A stretch of DNA of 64,000 nt from an uncultured archaeon (GCA_964534625.1 CAZHRF010000007.1:32120-96119), one strand, 5' to 3'; counted from the stretch's first letter, positions 1 through 10,988 are shown. Translations and numbers: made by a program. Notes: generated by a model not told the origin, from the sequence alone.

Positions 1-313
1 CAGCCCAGTCAAAACATTCTTTCCCCGTAAAAGACGCAGCGTTACCATTTTTGTCAACAATACCAACTTGGCGGTGTTCTTTTCCCGAATCATGGTCAGT
101 AAGAATTTTGATTACTTCTTCGGCCGCAAAATCTTGTTCTAACAAATTCAAACCTCTTGGACCATAGCTAGTATTAGCATACGCTTGGGATGCAATAGCT
201 CCAACATTAGATTTGGCGAAAGGAACAATAGAACCAACAGCTATAAATTTAGATTGGACACCAACGCCCCATTCGTTATTTTTAGGATCATAAGCTACAA
301 TTGAGAATGTCAT
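1..313 (-). CDS. DUF1028 family Ntn-hydrolase-like protein (N-terminal part, runs off window)
   Basis: Manual translation from ATG at 313: MTFSIVAYDPKNNEWGVGVQSKFIAVGSIVPFAKSNVGAIASQAYAN...RQVGIVD...FTGKECFDWAG, the typical DUF1028 N-terminus. Confidence 0.85.
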   Translation of the reverse strand, partial: MTFSIVAYDPKNNEWGVGVQSKFIAVGSIVPFAKSNVGAIASQAYANTSYGPRGLNLLEQDFAAEEVIKILTDHDSGKEHRQVGIVDKNGNAASFTGKECFDWA

Positions 314-553
314 ACAAGATTATATTGACAGATGATGTTATTTAATCTTATCCTAAACATGACATCAACAAAAAATTAATCCTAGATGAACAGAGAATCT
401 TCGAAAGCTGTAATGTCAATAGACTTAGGTAGTAAATGAAGTCTTTCTGGTATTGGCTCATCCTTTATTAGCTCTTTATATTATTGGATCTTTAATGCAT
501 CAAAAAGCAACCGATAAATTTACAATATCAAAAAGAAAGAAGACTTAGATATT

Positions 554-1471
554 ATGTTAACAATAACTTCTATTGACCGAGATAAATGCATTAAATGTGA
601 GCGATGTATTAGGGTATGCCCCGTTAAACTTTTTTCAGTTGAACGAGAAGATGTCAATAAGCACATAATCTTTGATGATCCCCATGGACTTTGTATAAAA
701 TGTGGGCATTGTGTAAGTATCTGCCCTACTCAGGCTGTGAAATTTGAAGGAGAATCTCCCGTATATTTTGAAGAATCCAAGCATCCAGAGAAATTAATCT
801 CTTATGATACTTTAATGAAATTTCTCAGAGCTAGACGGTCAGTAAGGATGTACAAAGATGAGAAAGTTCCGAAACAAGAAATAGAAAAAATTCTCCGCGC
901 AATGAAATATGCTCCCACTGCAAGCAATAAACAAAAAAGAGAGTTTATAATTATAACCGATGAAAAGGAAATCGCGTCATTAGCTGCTGAGGTACGAAAG
1001 ATGATGTACAAAGCCAAAAAACTGCTCAAATGGGGACGTTTTATTGCTCCTTTTGTACCCGGAGAACTCAAAAAATTATTAAGAAGTGAGAGGACAAGGC
1101 ATAATCTCAAAATATTTTTAGAAAGGACAGAACAAGGAGAAGATTTGATTTTTTTCCATGCACCATGTGTGATAATTTTACATAGTCCAAAATACGCTCA
1201 TATGGCCGGAAATGATGCTGGGTTGGCTTTTACTCATGGTATGTTAGCTGCTCAGTCATTAGGACTAGGTACATGTTGGATCGGATATGCACAAGAGTAT
1301 ATTTGGAGAACACCTTCATTAAAGAAAGAACTAGGAATACCTAAAAAACATGAAGTATATGGGGTAATGATTGTAGGGTATCCAGAATATTCATTTCACG
1401 CAGTACCCCCAAGAAGACCTCTTAAAGTTAAGTGGATAGACGAGGAAGAAAAAAGGAATCAATCTATTTGA
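554..1471 (+). CDS. Nitroreductase family protein with N-terminal 2x[4Fe-4S] ferredoxin domain
   Basis: Two CxxCxxCxxxCP motifs; RRSVR, APTASN and LGLGTCWIG nitroreductase motifs. Confidence 0.92.
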   Translation: MLTITSIDRDKCIKCERCIRVCPVKLFSVEREDVNKHIIFDDPHGLCIKCGHCVSICPTQAVKFEGESPVYFEESKHPEKLISYDTLMKFLRARRSVRMYKDEKVPKQEIEKILRAMKYAPTASNKQKREFIIITDEKEIASLAAEVRKMMYKAKKLLKWGRFIAPFVPGELKKLLRSERTRHNLKIFLERTEQGEDLIFFHAPCVIILHSPKYAHMAGNDAGLAFTHGMLAAQSLGLGTCWIGYAQEYIWRTPSLKKELGIPKKHEVYGVMIVGYPEYSFHAVPPRRPLKVKWIDEEEKRNQSI

Positions 1472-1486
1472 TTTGAGAATGATTCT

Positions 1487-2857
1487 TTAATAATCAGATT
1501 CTTGGTTATGATCCCTTTTCTTTTTTAGAGGTGTAACTAATAAAGTACCCGCTTTTTCTAAGTTGCGGATAGAAATTATTTTGAAAATTTTACCTAATGG
1601 GCGGAGAATTGTTCCCCCTATTATTGGCTCTTTTACAAAGATAAATAGTATTGTTCCTAATAATCTTATTATTCCACTGATAATAAACATTATAATAAAT
1701 AGTTCAGCAGTAAATTGCAATATTAATCCTCCTAAAATCGGCCCTAAAAATGATGCCATTGAACTAACTGCATTAATAATTGCAAGTTGTAATGTACGTC
1801 GCCGAGGATGAATAATATCAATAATCAAGCCGGTTAAGGCACCATTGATGAAACCCCAGGCTGCACCATTAATAATCCAAAGAGTAAGTAAAAAGTAAAA
1901 TACTTCATTAATAGGGAAAAAATAAGGCAATACATAAATTAAAGGAAAAAATGACGTAAAGCTGGAACTAATAATCAAAAGTTCTTTTTTCCTTATTCTA
2001 TGGATAAATCTTGCAGTTAACAATGAGGTTAACATTTGGGGAAATAATCCAACAGCTGAAATCAAAGAAATCCTAAAGATATCTAAGTTATAGAACAGCC
2101 CATTATAAATGATATAAAAGGGAGCTGAAAGATGCACTCCAAAAACAAAAATAAAACTTACTGCAGTCAAGATTCCAAAGTTCTTGTCTGTTTTCATTAT
2201 TGCAAAGATATTATCTAAACTTATGTCAACCTCTTCTATTTCCGCCCATTGTTTTTTTTTCTGTAATTTTTCTTGAGAAGGAACAGCTAGATAAAACAAG
2301 ATTGCTGATATAATAGATAGAGTGCCCGCTAATAAAAAAAGGATTTTAAATCCTATTTCTTCAACAAAATATGTGAGTATAAGTCCAGCAGAGAGAATAC
2401 CTATTAAAGCACCAAAAACCATGAAAAATTGTCCGAGACTGTTCCAGAATGCATAATCCTTTCTTTTGGTTCTTCCTACAAGAAGAGCTGAAGAGGTAGG
2501 TATTGATCCTGAGGTAAAAAGACTCTGACTTGCCCGAAGCGCAATAAAAACTCCAACACGTTGTGTAAGTAAATAAATATAATAGAAAATAGAGGAGATA
2601 AAATTAGTAAAAATAGCAATTATTCTAATTTTATGATACTTTTCTGCTATTTTAGCCCAAAAGATTTGTACAATATTTAATAGACTGGATATTGATACTA
2701 AAAAACCTATTAGAGTACTATTGGCACCTAGGTAAGTTGCATATAATGGAATAAATGGTGAGATCATGGATTCAGCTGTTGCTTTAGTTGCAGTTGAACT
2801 GAACCAGCTGAAAGGTTTAATATTGCTCGCTTTGTTCTTCTTTTCTTGAACAGCCAT
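1487..2857 (-). CDS. MFS transporter
   Basis: About 12 hydrophobic segments in two halves; PFIPLYATYLGA and GPILGGLI MFS-like motifs. Confidence 0.85.
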   Translation of the reverse strand: MAVQEKKNKASNIKPFSWFSSTATKATAESMISPFIPLYATYLGANSTLIGFLVSISSLLNIVQIFWAKIAEKYHKIRIIAIFTNFISSIFYYIYLLTQRVGVFIALRASQSLFTSGSIPTSSALLVGRTKRKDYAFWNSLGQFFMVFGALIGILSAGLILTYFVEEIGFKILFLLAGTLSIISAILFYLAVPSQEKLQKKKQWAEIEEVDISLDNIFAIMKTDKNFGILTAVSFIFVFGVHLSAPFYIIYNGLFYNLDIFRISLISAVGLFPQMLTSLLTARFIHRIRKKELLIISSSFTSFFPLIYVLPYFFPINEVFYFLLTLWIINGAAWGFINGALTGLIIDIIHPRRRTLQLAIINAVSSMASFLGPILGGLILQFTAELFIIMFIISGIIRLLGTILFIFVKEPIIGGTILRPLGKIFKIISIRNLEKAGTLLVTPLKKKRDHNQESDY

Positions 2858-3052
2858 ACTATCAAATCCTTGGGATTAATTACTTCTATATGCGATTTAT
2901 GTTTTAATTCTTAAACTTTTATAATGAGTAGAAGGTTTTATGTTTGGTTTTCATTAGATATCAATGCCAAAAATAGAGAGATCGATGATAAATTTTTGAT
3001 ACAACATAGTTTTTTAAAGTTTGAAAAAAGAAGTTTCAATGGAATGGTTAGA

Positions 3053-3751
3053 ATGTCTGATAATTTAACAATAGCAGCTGTTTTTGCTCATCCTGATGAT
3101 GAACTTGGCGTAGTTGGAACATTAAGCAATCATGTGGAGGCTGGAGATAAAGCATATGTGATATTATTAACCAAAGGAGAAAATGCCTCCACTTTATGCT
3201 GTTCTCCTGATGAGATCGTAGAGACAAGAAAGAGTCATGCAAAAGAAATAGAGCAGATATTAGGTGTGGAATATCGTTTTTTAGATATACCGGATTCAGC
3301 TGTTTCTCCAACAGTTGAAAATGCAAAAAAGCTAGCTTCATTATTTAAGGAAATCAAGCCACAAGTAGTAATAACTTGGGACAAATCACCTCAAATGGGT
3401 CATGGGCATCCAGATCATAGATACACATATGATGTTTGTTTGGATGCTTTATCGTATATGCGATATAAAAATAATGATGACAAATATGAACCATATAGAG
3501 AAAAAGTTAGTTTTTACACTTTGGCCCATTCGTTGGGGCTAAATAATCAAGGAGTAACATTTGTTGATGTTAGTTCTCAGGTAGATAACATTAAAAAATT
3601 CATAAATGTGTATCAAAAAGCGTATGGAAACTGGGATGTATGGGGGTTCAAACAATCACTGATGAAAATGTTTGGAAGATTAGCAGGCACAAGTTATGCT
3701 GAAGGATTCAAAAAAATTATCTGGAGAAAGCCTAGAATGTTACTGGATTAA
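3053..3751 (+). CDS. PIG-L/LmbE family N-acetylhexosamine deacetylase
   Basis: AHPDDE, LTKGE and GHPDH motifs; start moved to MSDNL (ORF track starts at 2924). Confidence 0.9.
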   Translation: MSDNLTIAAVFAHPDDELGVVGTLSNHVEAGDKAYVILLTKGENASTLCCSPDEIVETRKSHAKEIEQILGVEYRFLDIPDSAVSPTVENAKKLASLFKEIKPQVVITWDKSPQMGHGHPDHRYTYDVCLDALSYMRYKNNDDKYEPYREKVSFYTLAHSLGLNNQGVTFVDVSSQVDNIKKFINVYQKAYGNWDVWGFKQSLMKMFGRLAGTSYAEGFKKIIWRKPRMLLD

Positions 3752-3772
3752 TCTTTCCTTTTTTTTCCTTTG

Positions 3773-6115
3773 TTATTTGTCGAAAATAATGTAATTGACT
3801 TTGTCTTTTCCTAAAAAGTTTAGTTTACCTATATTGACAAATTGTTTTTTCTTTCCTTCTCTTTCTAATTTTATGTGCCATGTATTAGCATTTTGTTTTT
3901 GTGCTTTTATCTTGATATATTCATATTCACCTTTCTCAAAAGCTTTAGACTGACCATCATCCAGATATATTTCACCTTCAGCATAGTTTTTCCCCACTAT
4001 AAGCAAATCAATTTCTGAGTTTAACATTTCTTCAGTATTTTGTATTTCTTTAGTTATCATGGGAATTATAGATCCTTCTTTAATGAAAATTGGGATTACA
4101 CTAAGAGGTGCTTGTATGGTATGCACTTGTTTTCCTTCATATATTCGCTCGTTAAACATATGCCAAGTTCCTTCGGGGAGATAGATCTCTCTTTCTTCTG
4201 CTCCTTTTTCCATAATAGGAGCAACTATAATTTGATTACCTAGTACATATTCCGTCTCTGCCCACTGTTGTTTATGTGCTTCTCTATCAATAATTGAGTT
4301 ATACCATAGGGGTCTCATTGCAGGAATACCTGATAGGCATGTTTCTCTAATTACAGTATAAATGTAAGGTAAGAATTTATACCGTAGTTGAATAGTTTCA
4401 CGAATCACCTTCTCATGCTCTTCCCCATATAACCAAGGTTCCTGAGAACAATTTTTTATTGTATGGTTACGATAAAAAGGGAACAAGATGGCAGCTTGAT
4501 ACCATCGGGCAAGTAATTCACCAGAAGGTTTCCCTACAAAACCCCCGATATCCGGACCGATTATTACTTGACCGCTTAAAGACATATTTAGAAGCATTGG
4601 AATACATAATCGCAAATGGTTCCATTCAGAAATATTATCTCCTGTCCAACTTCCTGCGTATTTTTGTGTAGATAAAAATGCTGAACGAGTAAGGATAAAA
4701 ATACGTTTATTCGGTAAAAGTTTTGTCAATCCTTGGTAGACAGATTTTGCCATTAGATGCCCATATAAGTTGTGGATATCTTTATGTTGTAGATTCTTTC
4801 CTTCAGCAGGATGGATAGCATCATCGGGAATTGTACCTGAGGAATTGAATAGGCTTGGATCATTCATATCTATCCAAAAAGCTCTAACACCAACTTCAGT
4901 TAATTTGTTAAAATGACTACCAAACCAATCTCTTGTTTTTGATTGGACAAAATCAGGAAAATGGCAGGGACCTGGCCAAACCTTTCCCACATAAGGCTTT
5001 CCATCTTGATCCAGAATAAAGTGGTTGTCTTTTATTCCTTCTGCATACAACTCATATTCTGGTTCTATTTTAATTCCAGGATCAGTCATGGCCATAATAT
5101 GAAATCCTTGTGAATTAAGATCTGAAATCATTTTTGGTGGAGTAGGAAATTTTTCTCTATCCCATGTGAAGATCTTATAATTGTCCATATAATCGATATC
5201 TAAATGGATAAAATCACAAGGTATCTTTTTTGTTCTAAACGTGTTCGCGAGATTTCTTACATCTTCTTCTGGATAATAACTCCATTTACTTTGATGATTA
5301 CCCAATACCGATATGGGCGGTAAAGGGGATTTACCTAATACATCTGCCAATTTTTGATACAATATGTTGATATCGGGGGCAACAACGAGTAATAGATCAG
5401 CGTTGTTAGATTCTATGAAGTATTGTATTTGTATTGTATCTTCTTTTTTTTCTGTTTTTATTTGACTTCTTTGAGGATTATCATAAATAATTGAATAACA
5501 GAGATTATTTCCTATTCCAATCAAAATAGGTTGAGATTGATAAAGATGGTCAAATTTTCTACTATACGCAATGCTATCTGTGTTCCAAAAAGAAGTGGTT
5601 GTATTTGTTTTTTCTAAAGAACTGGTATTTTCGCCTAAACCATAGATAAGATTATTTGGATCAACTTCTATTTGTATTTGCATCCATTTTTCTGTATTTT
5701 TTAATGTCAGATCGGAGATGAATGTGTTTTCTCTGCATATCACAGAAAACCTACGTTCATCTATTTGAAATTCTGTTTCATTATCTTTTGAAACAAGTTT
5801 ATCCTTCTTTAAATTCATCTTGTTTAAATCATCATTTTTAATCAAAGACCAAAACTTGGGAGAGGATCTTTTTTTGCTGGTAAAAGTTAATTTATAGATA
5901 AAATTATCTTGTATGGCATTAATTGATAGAAGATAATCATCAAAAGCTATTTCATGCCATTCTTCTTTTTCTATCATCTGTCCTTGTATGCTTTGAATAT
6001 TCCATTCTGTTGGAGGATTAACCGCATTATACTTGTTTATACTCCTCCTAAAAGCCTTTAATCCCAATTTAACAAGAAAAAGAGGTAACTTTCCTATAAT
6101 CTCTACACTAACCAT
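3773..6115 (-). CDS. Glycoside hydrolase family 31 alpha-glucosidase
   Basis: HLDIDY, WIDMNDP (nucleophile Asp), WTGDN (acid/base), GPDIGGF and FYRNH motifs. Confidence 0.93.
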   Translation of the reverse strand: MVSVEIIGKLPLFLVKLGLKAFRRSINKYNAVNPPTEWNIQSIQGQMIEKEEWHEIAFDDYLLSINAIQDNFIYKLTFTSKKRSSPKFWSLIKNDDLNKMNLKKDKLVSKDNETEFQIDERRFSVICRENTFISDLTLKNTEKWMQIQIEVDPNNLIYGLGENTSSLEKTNTTTSFWNTDSIAYSRKFDHLYQSQPILIGIGNNLCYSIIYDNPQRSQIKTEKKEDTIQIQYFIESNNADLLLVVAPDINILYQKLADVLGKSPLPPISVLGNHQSKWSYYPEEDVRNLANTFRTKKIPCDFIHLDIDYMDNYKIFTWDREKFPTPPKMISDLNSQGFHIMAMTDPGIKIEPEYELYAEGIKDNHFILDQDGKPYVGKVWPGPCHFPDFVQSKTRDWFGSHFNKLTEVGVRAFWIDMNDPSLFNSSGTIPDDAIHPAEGKNLQHKDIHNLYGHLMAKSVYQGLTKLLPNKRIFILTRSAFLSTQKYAGSWTGDNISEWNHLRLCIPMLLNMSLSGQVIIGPDIGGFVGKPSGELLARWYQAAILFPFYRNHTIKNCSQEPWLYGEEHEKVIRETIQLRYKFLPYIYTVIRETCLSGIPAMRPLWYNSIIDREAHKQQWAETEYVLGNQIIVAPIMEKGAEEREIYLPEGTWHMFNERIYEGKQVHTIQAPLSVIPIFIKEGSIIPMITKEIQNTEEMLNSEIDLLIVGKNYAEGEIYLDDGQSKAFEKGEYEYIKIKAQKQNANTWHIKLEREGKKKQFVNIGKLNFLGKDKVNYIIFDK

Positions 6116-6179
6116 AATTAAACATAAACAAAGTATTAAAAAAACCTTTTTGCCTTATTTGCGTGCTAAGTTTCTAACT

Positions 6180-6704
6180 TTAAAATCCTACATAAATTTG
6201 AAAGATTAATGCACCTAAAAAAGATATCAAAGAGATAGTTGCAGCAGAGAATGAGTTAACAGGAAGTACTTTCAATTCAATCGTAAATTTATTATTGAAA
6301 GGAGCAAGTGGTTTCATTTTTCCTGACAGTAAATCAATAACAAAATGAGCTAGAAAGCAACTTATGGCAAGTATCATTAATTCCGGGTAAAATCCTGTAA
6401 GCACAAAAATCAAATAACTGAATACACTCACTAGTAGTATGCCAAACGGCTCATGCATAAATGTATGATAACAATGTCTGTCCTTGTCATCTTCAAGGGT
6501 TCTAAAGTAGAGCTTAATTAATTGCGGAATATTCCATATTTGTGCTTCTGGGAACCTTTTTTTGTAATGGTACACATGATCATAATCTATAAGAACACCG
6601 AAAACGAATATAACGAGAATGAGTAAGGGGAGAGGGACAAAATAAAATTGATTAAAGATAAGACCAATTAACACACTGATACTCCCATGGGTAACAGAAT
6701 CCAT
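6180..6704 (-). CDS. Membrane-bound metal-dependent hydrolase (YdjM-like)
   Basis: TH, DYDH, HTFMHE and HFVID motifs between TM helices. Confidence 0.7.
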   Translation of the reverse strand: MDSVTHGSISVLIGLIFNQFYFVPLPLLILVIFVFGVLIDYDHVYHYKKRFPEAQIWNIPQLIKLYFRTLEDDKDRHCYHTFMHEPFGILLVSVFSYLIFVLTGFYPELMILAISCFLAHFVIDLLSGKMKPLAPFNNKFTIELKVLPVNSFSAATISLISFLGALIFQIYVGF

Positions 6705-6781
6705 TGTTTTTAGGTTTCTTAAGATTGTTATAAAATTTCTGCTTCAACTAAATCACAAAAGGAAGAATTTTATGATATAAA

Positions 6782-7252
6782 ATGTGTATGTTCTTTATGC
6801 CTTCCTGTGGTGATTTTGATAAGATCATTTCCAATCCTCAAGAGGGAATGAAAAAAAGAAAACTAGCCTTGCAAAAACTAATTGAAATGGGGTGTTTATC
6901 TTCATTGTATAAACATACTGATTCTTATGCTAGGATTAGATGGATTCGTTATTATTCGCTTATTGCTTTAGTACGTTTTGCAAGTATTAATTTAGATGCT
7001 GAAGAGGTAGCTATTGTGATTAATAAGGATGAAATTCTTCTTAAATCCCAAGAAGATAGATTGAAATTACGTAAACAAGCAGCAAGGTACTTATTCATTT
7101 TTTGTGTCAAAAAGAACAAACCTTCAAAAATGAAGATTCAAGCAATTAATGGGTTAGTAAATGGCAATCATAGGGAATATTTAGATGAATTACTCCAATC
7201 AGCTGATGTAGAAGAGTCAGTAAAAAGCAAAATCAAAAAATATACGAATTAA
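6782..7252 (+). CDS. Hypothetical alpha-helical (HEAT-like) protein
   Basis: 156-aa ORF with genome-like codon use and repeated R/K-x2-A-L/I helices. Confidence 0.55.
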   Translation: MCMFFMPSCGDFDKIISNPQEGMKKRKLALQKLIEMGCLSSLYKHTDSYARIRWIRYYSLIALVRFASINLDAEEVAIVINKDEILLKSQEDRLKLRKQAARYLFIFCVKKNKPSKMKIQAINGLVNGNHREYLDELLQSADVEESVKSKIKKYTN

Positions 7253-7353
7253 AACGCTATTTATTGCACTCATGAACATTTTTCTCAATCTACAACAGTC
7301 CTTATTTCACTTGATGTCAAAAATTTAAAAAACATTACCTCTCATTGTTTCAT

Positions 7354-7911
7354 ATGACGTATTATTTTGAAAAAGCTGGAGATCATACAACTAAAGTGTT
7401 TGAATTAGTACAAAAACGAATAGAACAAGGGGATATACACCATTTAGTGTTGGCAACAACAAGAGGTGAGACAGCTCTAAAAGCGTCTGAATTCTTCAAA
7501 GATTTATCTATCCCTATCATTGCTGTTACCCATCAAGCTGGTTTTAGAGAGCCAGGAGGTATGGAAATATCTACAGAGGTTATTAATACTTTAGAAGAAC
7601 GGGGAATTACTGTTCTCACCACCACTCATGCCTTAGCTGGAGTTGGTCGGGCTATACGAAAAAAACATGGAACATGGCAAATCTCCGAACTTATCGCTGA
7701 TAGTCTAAGAATTTTTGGTCAAGGTACAAAAGTCTGTGTAGAAATTATTTTAATGGCTGCTGATGCAGGATTAATAGATATAAAAGACACTATTGCTATT
7801 GGTGGAACAGGATGGGCTGCTGACACAGCTTGGGTAATAACACCCGCACATACTAATAATTTCTTTGATATGAAAATAAAAGAACTTATATGTAAACCAA
7901 AGAGTTTCTGA
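7354..7911 (+). CDS. Pyruvate kinase alpha/beta-domain protein (MTH1675/DUF1867-like)
   Basis: VLATTRGETA, VTHQAGF, FGQGTKVCVEIILMAADAG, AIGGTGWAADTA and ELICKP motifs. Confidence 0.88.
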   Translation: MTYYFEKAGDHTTKVFELVQKRIEQGDIHHLVLATTRGETALKASEFFKDLSIPIIAVTHQAGFREPGGMEISTEVINTLEERGITVLTTTHALAGVGRAIRKKHGTWQISELIADSLRIFGQGTKVCVEIILMAADAGLIDIKDTIAIGGTGWAADTAWVITPAHTNNFFDMKIKELICKPKSF

Positions 7912-7972
7912 ATCCCTTTGTATATTAAACGATACTCTAATAATTGTTCATAAGTAAAACAAAGGTGTAAAA

Positions 7973-8677
7973 GTGATATTTGATCCAACGACAGTTAATT
8001 GGCTATTTGTAATTGTTGGAAATATCATAATCTACAGCTTATTCTTTTTGAATATGTACTTGTCGGAAAAAATACCTGTCTGGATAACAAGGAAAATAGG
8101 TCATATTAGCTTGCACTTCTTTTTAGCTTTTTTCCCCTATTTTTTTGTTAATCTTTTTGATTTCATTATTTTCCTCGCACTTTTAATTTTTATGGGTTTT
8201 TTTTTATCTTTCACCACTAAATTTTGGTTCATATCCAAGATTATATTCTGTAATACAAGAAACATGAATGGAGAGACGTCTAGAGAATTTGCTTTAAATG
8301 CCTTTTTAACATCTTTAGGCGCCATAATTATATTTCTATTATTCCATAATCAGTTATATATTTACACAGCATCTCTTCTGAGTTTGAGTTTGGGAGATGG
8401 TTTTGGCGAGCTAATAGGAAGGCCATTTGGAACAATAAAGTTTACAATACTATCTGAGAAAAGTTTGATAGGGACAGTTGCGGTGTTTTTAGGGATATTT
8501 CTGAGTTTGATTATTGCATTCGTCATTAATACTCTTTTTTCATTTTCTATCATTTACAAACTATTTATTATAGCTTTAGTAGGTACAACTGCTGAATTAT
8601 TCAATTATAAGTATCTGGATAATCTTTTTGTACCCTTTTCTGTCGCAGGTTCACTCTTTTTGCTTTTTGAAGTATAG
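7973..8677 (+). CDS. Polyprenol (dolichol/phytol) kinase-like CTP-dependent membrane protein
   Basis: RKIGH, GDGFGELIGRPFG, KSLIGT, AE and DNLFVP motifs; multi-TM. Confidence 0.85.
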   Translation: MIFDPTTVNWLFVIVGNIIIYSLFFLNMYLSEKIPVWITRKIGHISLHFFLAFFPYFFVNLFDFIIFLALLIFMGFFLSFTTKFWFISKIIFCNTRNMNGETSREFALNAFLTSLGAIIIFLLFHNQLYIYTASLLSLSLGDGFGELIGRPFGTIKFTILSEKSLIGTVAVFLGIFLSLIIAFVINTLFSFSIIYKLFIIALVGTTAELFNYKYLDNLFVPFSVAGSLFLLFEV

Positions 8678-8754
8678 TACATAGAATAGCATGGAAAAGA
8701 GCAGAGGAAGGTAAGTTTTGTTTCGACAAAGTTTCAATATCTTGATTAAATCAT

Positions 8755-9312
8755 TTATTTTATCGCAATCAAAACATATGAACCTTCAGTGTCTTCAAAA
8801 GATGACGTTCGAAATTTTTTTTCTTGTAATAATTTATCAATCTCTTCGTTTTTAAAAAATTTACAGCCAAAGAATACTGATTCTATAAAGACTATTATCT
8901 TGTTTTGCAACTTAGCTGGATTGACATCTCTAATAATTAGGATCCCCTCTTTTTGTACTATCCTATATAGTTCTGATAATAAGTGAGAAACATTGTCAAC
9001 ATGATGTAAAGTATTGTTCAATATTATCTGATTGAATGAGCGATCCTTAAGTGGAAGCAAACACCCATCTCCATTCAGTAATAATAATTTTTTAGTCTTT
9101 TTCTTAGCTTGTTCAAGCATGCTTAACGAGCTATCCAATACTAAGCATTCGTTTGTGTACTCAGATAATGCTATAGAAACCCTTCCTGTTCCTCCGCCCA
9201 GATCTATAATTAATGAATCTTTATCTAAAGGTAATATGTCTAATAACTGTTCTATTTTAGAACTAGGGATGATTTTATCATAGAATCTGGCGATTAGAGA
9301 GAATATATTCAA
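8755..9312 (-). CDS. Class I SAM-dependent methyltransferase (UbiE-like)
   Basis: IDLGGGTG, LDSSLSML, LPLKDRSF and LHHV motifs. Confidence 0.88.
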   Translation of the reverse strand: MNIFSLIARFYDKIIPSSKIEQLLDILPLDKDSLIIDLGGGTGRVSIALSEYTNECLVLDSSLSMLEQAKKKTKKLLLLNGDGCLLPLKDRSFNQIILNNTLHHVDNVSHLLSELYRIVQKEGILIIRDVNPAKLQNKIIVFIESVFFGCKFFKNEEIDKLLQEKKFRTSSFEDTEGSYVLIAIK

Positions 9313-9397
9313 AGTAATCCTAGACTGGGTATTCTTGTAATACTATTTATTTTTTTGCTTTGTTATATTTTCGTTAAAAACTAATAATTTATAATAA

Positions 9398-10771
9398 TTA
9401 ATTTTTATCTAAAATTAGTGTTTTTTCTAAATAATCTTTTATAATTATCAACGCTTTGCAATCGTCTGAATTGTATGAAATGGCTCTTTCCAGCGATTTC
9501 TTGTCTTTGTTATAGAACCATTTTTCAAATAGAAGAATGCTTGACGCTCCATCCATTAGCGATTCATCCCATTCAAATCCTAAATGATTGGCAACATTTT
9601 TCAAGGTATACGATGCTACTGGTAGTATAATATGACTTTTAAAGAGCTTAAATAAATCAACTGAGTTATCCAATATTTTTTGTATCTTCTCTTTAGGTAT
9701 GTTATACTTTTGTGCCATTTTTTTCAAAAAATGCCTTTCTACTGGAGACCAGTGGTAAAGCACAAAATTATTGCCATTTTTGAATAAATGTTTGATAAAC
9801 TTGTGATACATACTTTTTTCATCAGAGAGTTTATTGGCAATAAATGGGTGATAAACTGTTTTTTGTTGATCTCTTGAAAAACAGCCTATTAACCACGTGA
9901 ATTCATGGTTGGGTGATAATTCCATATCTACAAAATGTTCTTGTTGGACTCGTGGGAACTTAAATGGTTTTTGTATAATCGTTTTATTATCTTCTAAGGA
10001 CTGGGCTTGCAAAATAAAGTATTTTATGTCCTTTTTTGATACATAGTTAGATGTCAAAACTTGTTCATTCATTTGACTCAAGTCACGGGTGTTTTTAATC
10101 CCTTTCTCAAAAAATTCTTTTTTTACTCTTTTTCCTATTCCTGAAATAGTTGTTAAATCATCAATTTCAAAAGCTAGTTTTTTACAATATTTTTTCCACT
10201 CACAAATTTTGCAGTCTCGTGTATAAATAGGACTAGGACTTTTTTTTCCTGTTTTAATAGCAATAATTTGTTGTAAATCTTCCTTAAGTTGGTTAATTGT
10301 ATCTTCCACAAGTATTTCTTTCTCTTGATCTTTGGCTGAAATAACGAAAAAATCTATTTTTTGATCTAAAACTAAACAAGTTATATATACATTAAATGTG
10401 CCTTCCATTATCATATTTCTACTCATTTTAATTTTATTTCTCTGGAAATAGGGGATGTATGTATAATTCCCATATTTGCATTTTCCCTCTTTTTTTACAA
10501 GCTTATTGATTTTTGTTATAAACTGCTTATACATAAGAATAGCTTGATAAATTTCTTGTTTCCCTTGTTTAACCTGAGAGAGAACATACTTGAAATTCTG
10601 ATGATATTGAGACATTTTCTTGTCTTGGAATTTTCTTACTCTTCTTGATTTGCTTTTTCTAATAATAGGATGTACACGAATTTCTTCAAATGGACCATGA
10701 TATGTAAGATAAAGCAATAAAGGGCAATCATAATAAAGACGTACATCGTGGTGCGAGACCAATTCTAACAT
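9398..10771 (-). CDS. TM0106-like protein: Cas4/RecB-type Fe-S cysteines + HhH + DnaQ-like (RNase_H_2) exonuclease domain
   Basis: N-terminal CP plus CKICEWKKYC; ISGIG HhH; FVDME, YHWS, YTLKNVA and YNSDDC motifs. Confidence 0.8.
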   Translation of the reverse strand: MLELVSHHDVRLYYDCPLLLYLTYHGPFEEIRVHPIIRKSKSRRVRKFQDKKMSQYHQNFKYVLSQVKQGKQEIYQAILMYKQFITKINKLVKKEGKCKYGNYTYIPYFQRNKIKMSRNMIMEGTFNVYITCLVLDQKIDFFVISAKDQEKEILVEDTINQLKEDLQQIIAIKTGKKSPSPIYTRDCKICEWKKYCKKLAFEIDDLTTISGIGKRVKKEFFEKGIKNTRDLSQMNEQVLTSNYVSKKDIKYFILQAQSLEDNKTIIQKPFKFPRVQQEHFVDMELSPNHEFTWLIGCFSRDQQKTVYHPFIANKLSDEKSMYHKFIKHLFKNGNNFVLYHWSPVERHFLKKMAQKYNIPKEKIQKILDNSVDLFKLFKSHIILPVASYTLKNVANHLGFEWDESLMDGASSILLFEKWFYNKDKKSLERAISYNSDDCKALIIIKDYLEKTLILDKN

Positions 10772-10988
10772 AATCTATTCTACTCTTTAATTAGTGCTTA
10801 TTTATTCTTTTAAAAAAATAGTGAAAGAAGTATAAATTAACTCTATTCTACTATTATTGCGATTTGTTGTGCTCTCTGCAATGAATATGACTACTTCATC
10901 AATTAGACTAGATTTTTATTAGACGAAATGGCAAAATATTTAAACACAAGTGTGAAGAAACCACAAAATAATAGAGTGAAGAAAAATT

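Noticed and set aside
323-421. TATTGACA...TGTCAATA inverted repeat enclosing ATGATGT/ATGA, as a second C/D sRNA
   Set aside because: Boxes are poor, spacers are AT-rich and irregular, and it overlaps the expected promoter of the DUF1028 gene
9398-10771. CRISPR-Cas locus suggested by Cas4-like cysteines
   Set aside because: No repeat-spacer array and no other cas genes anywhere in the window
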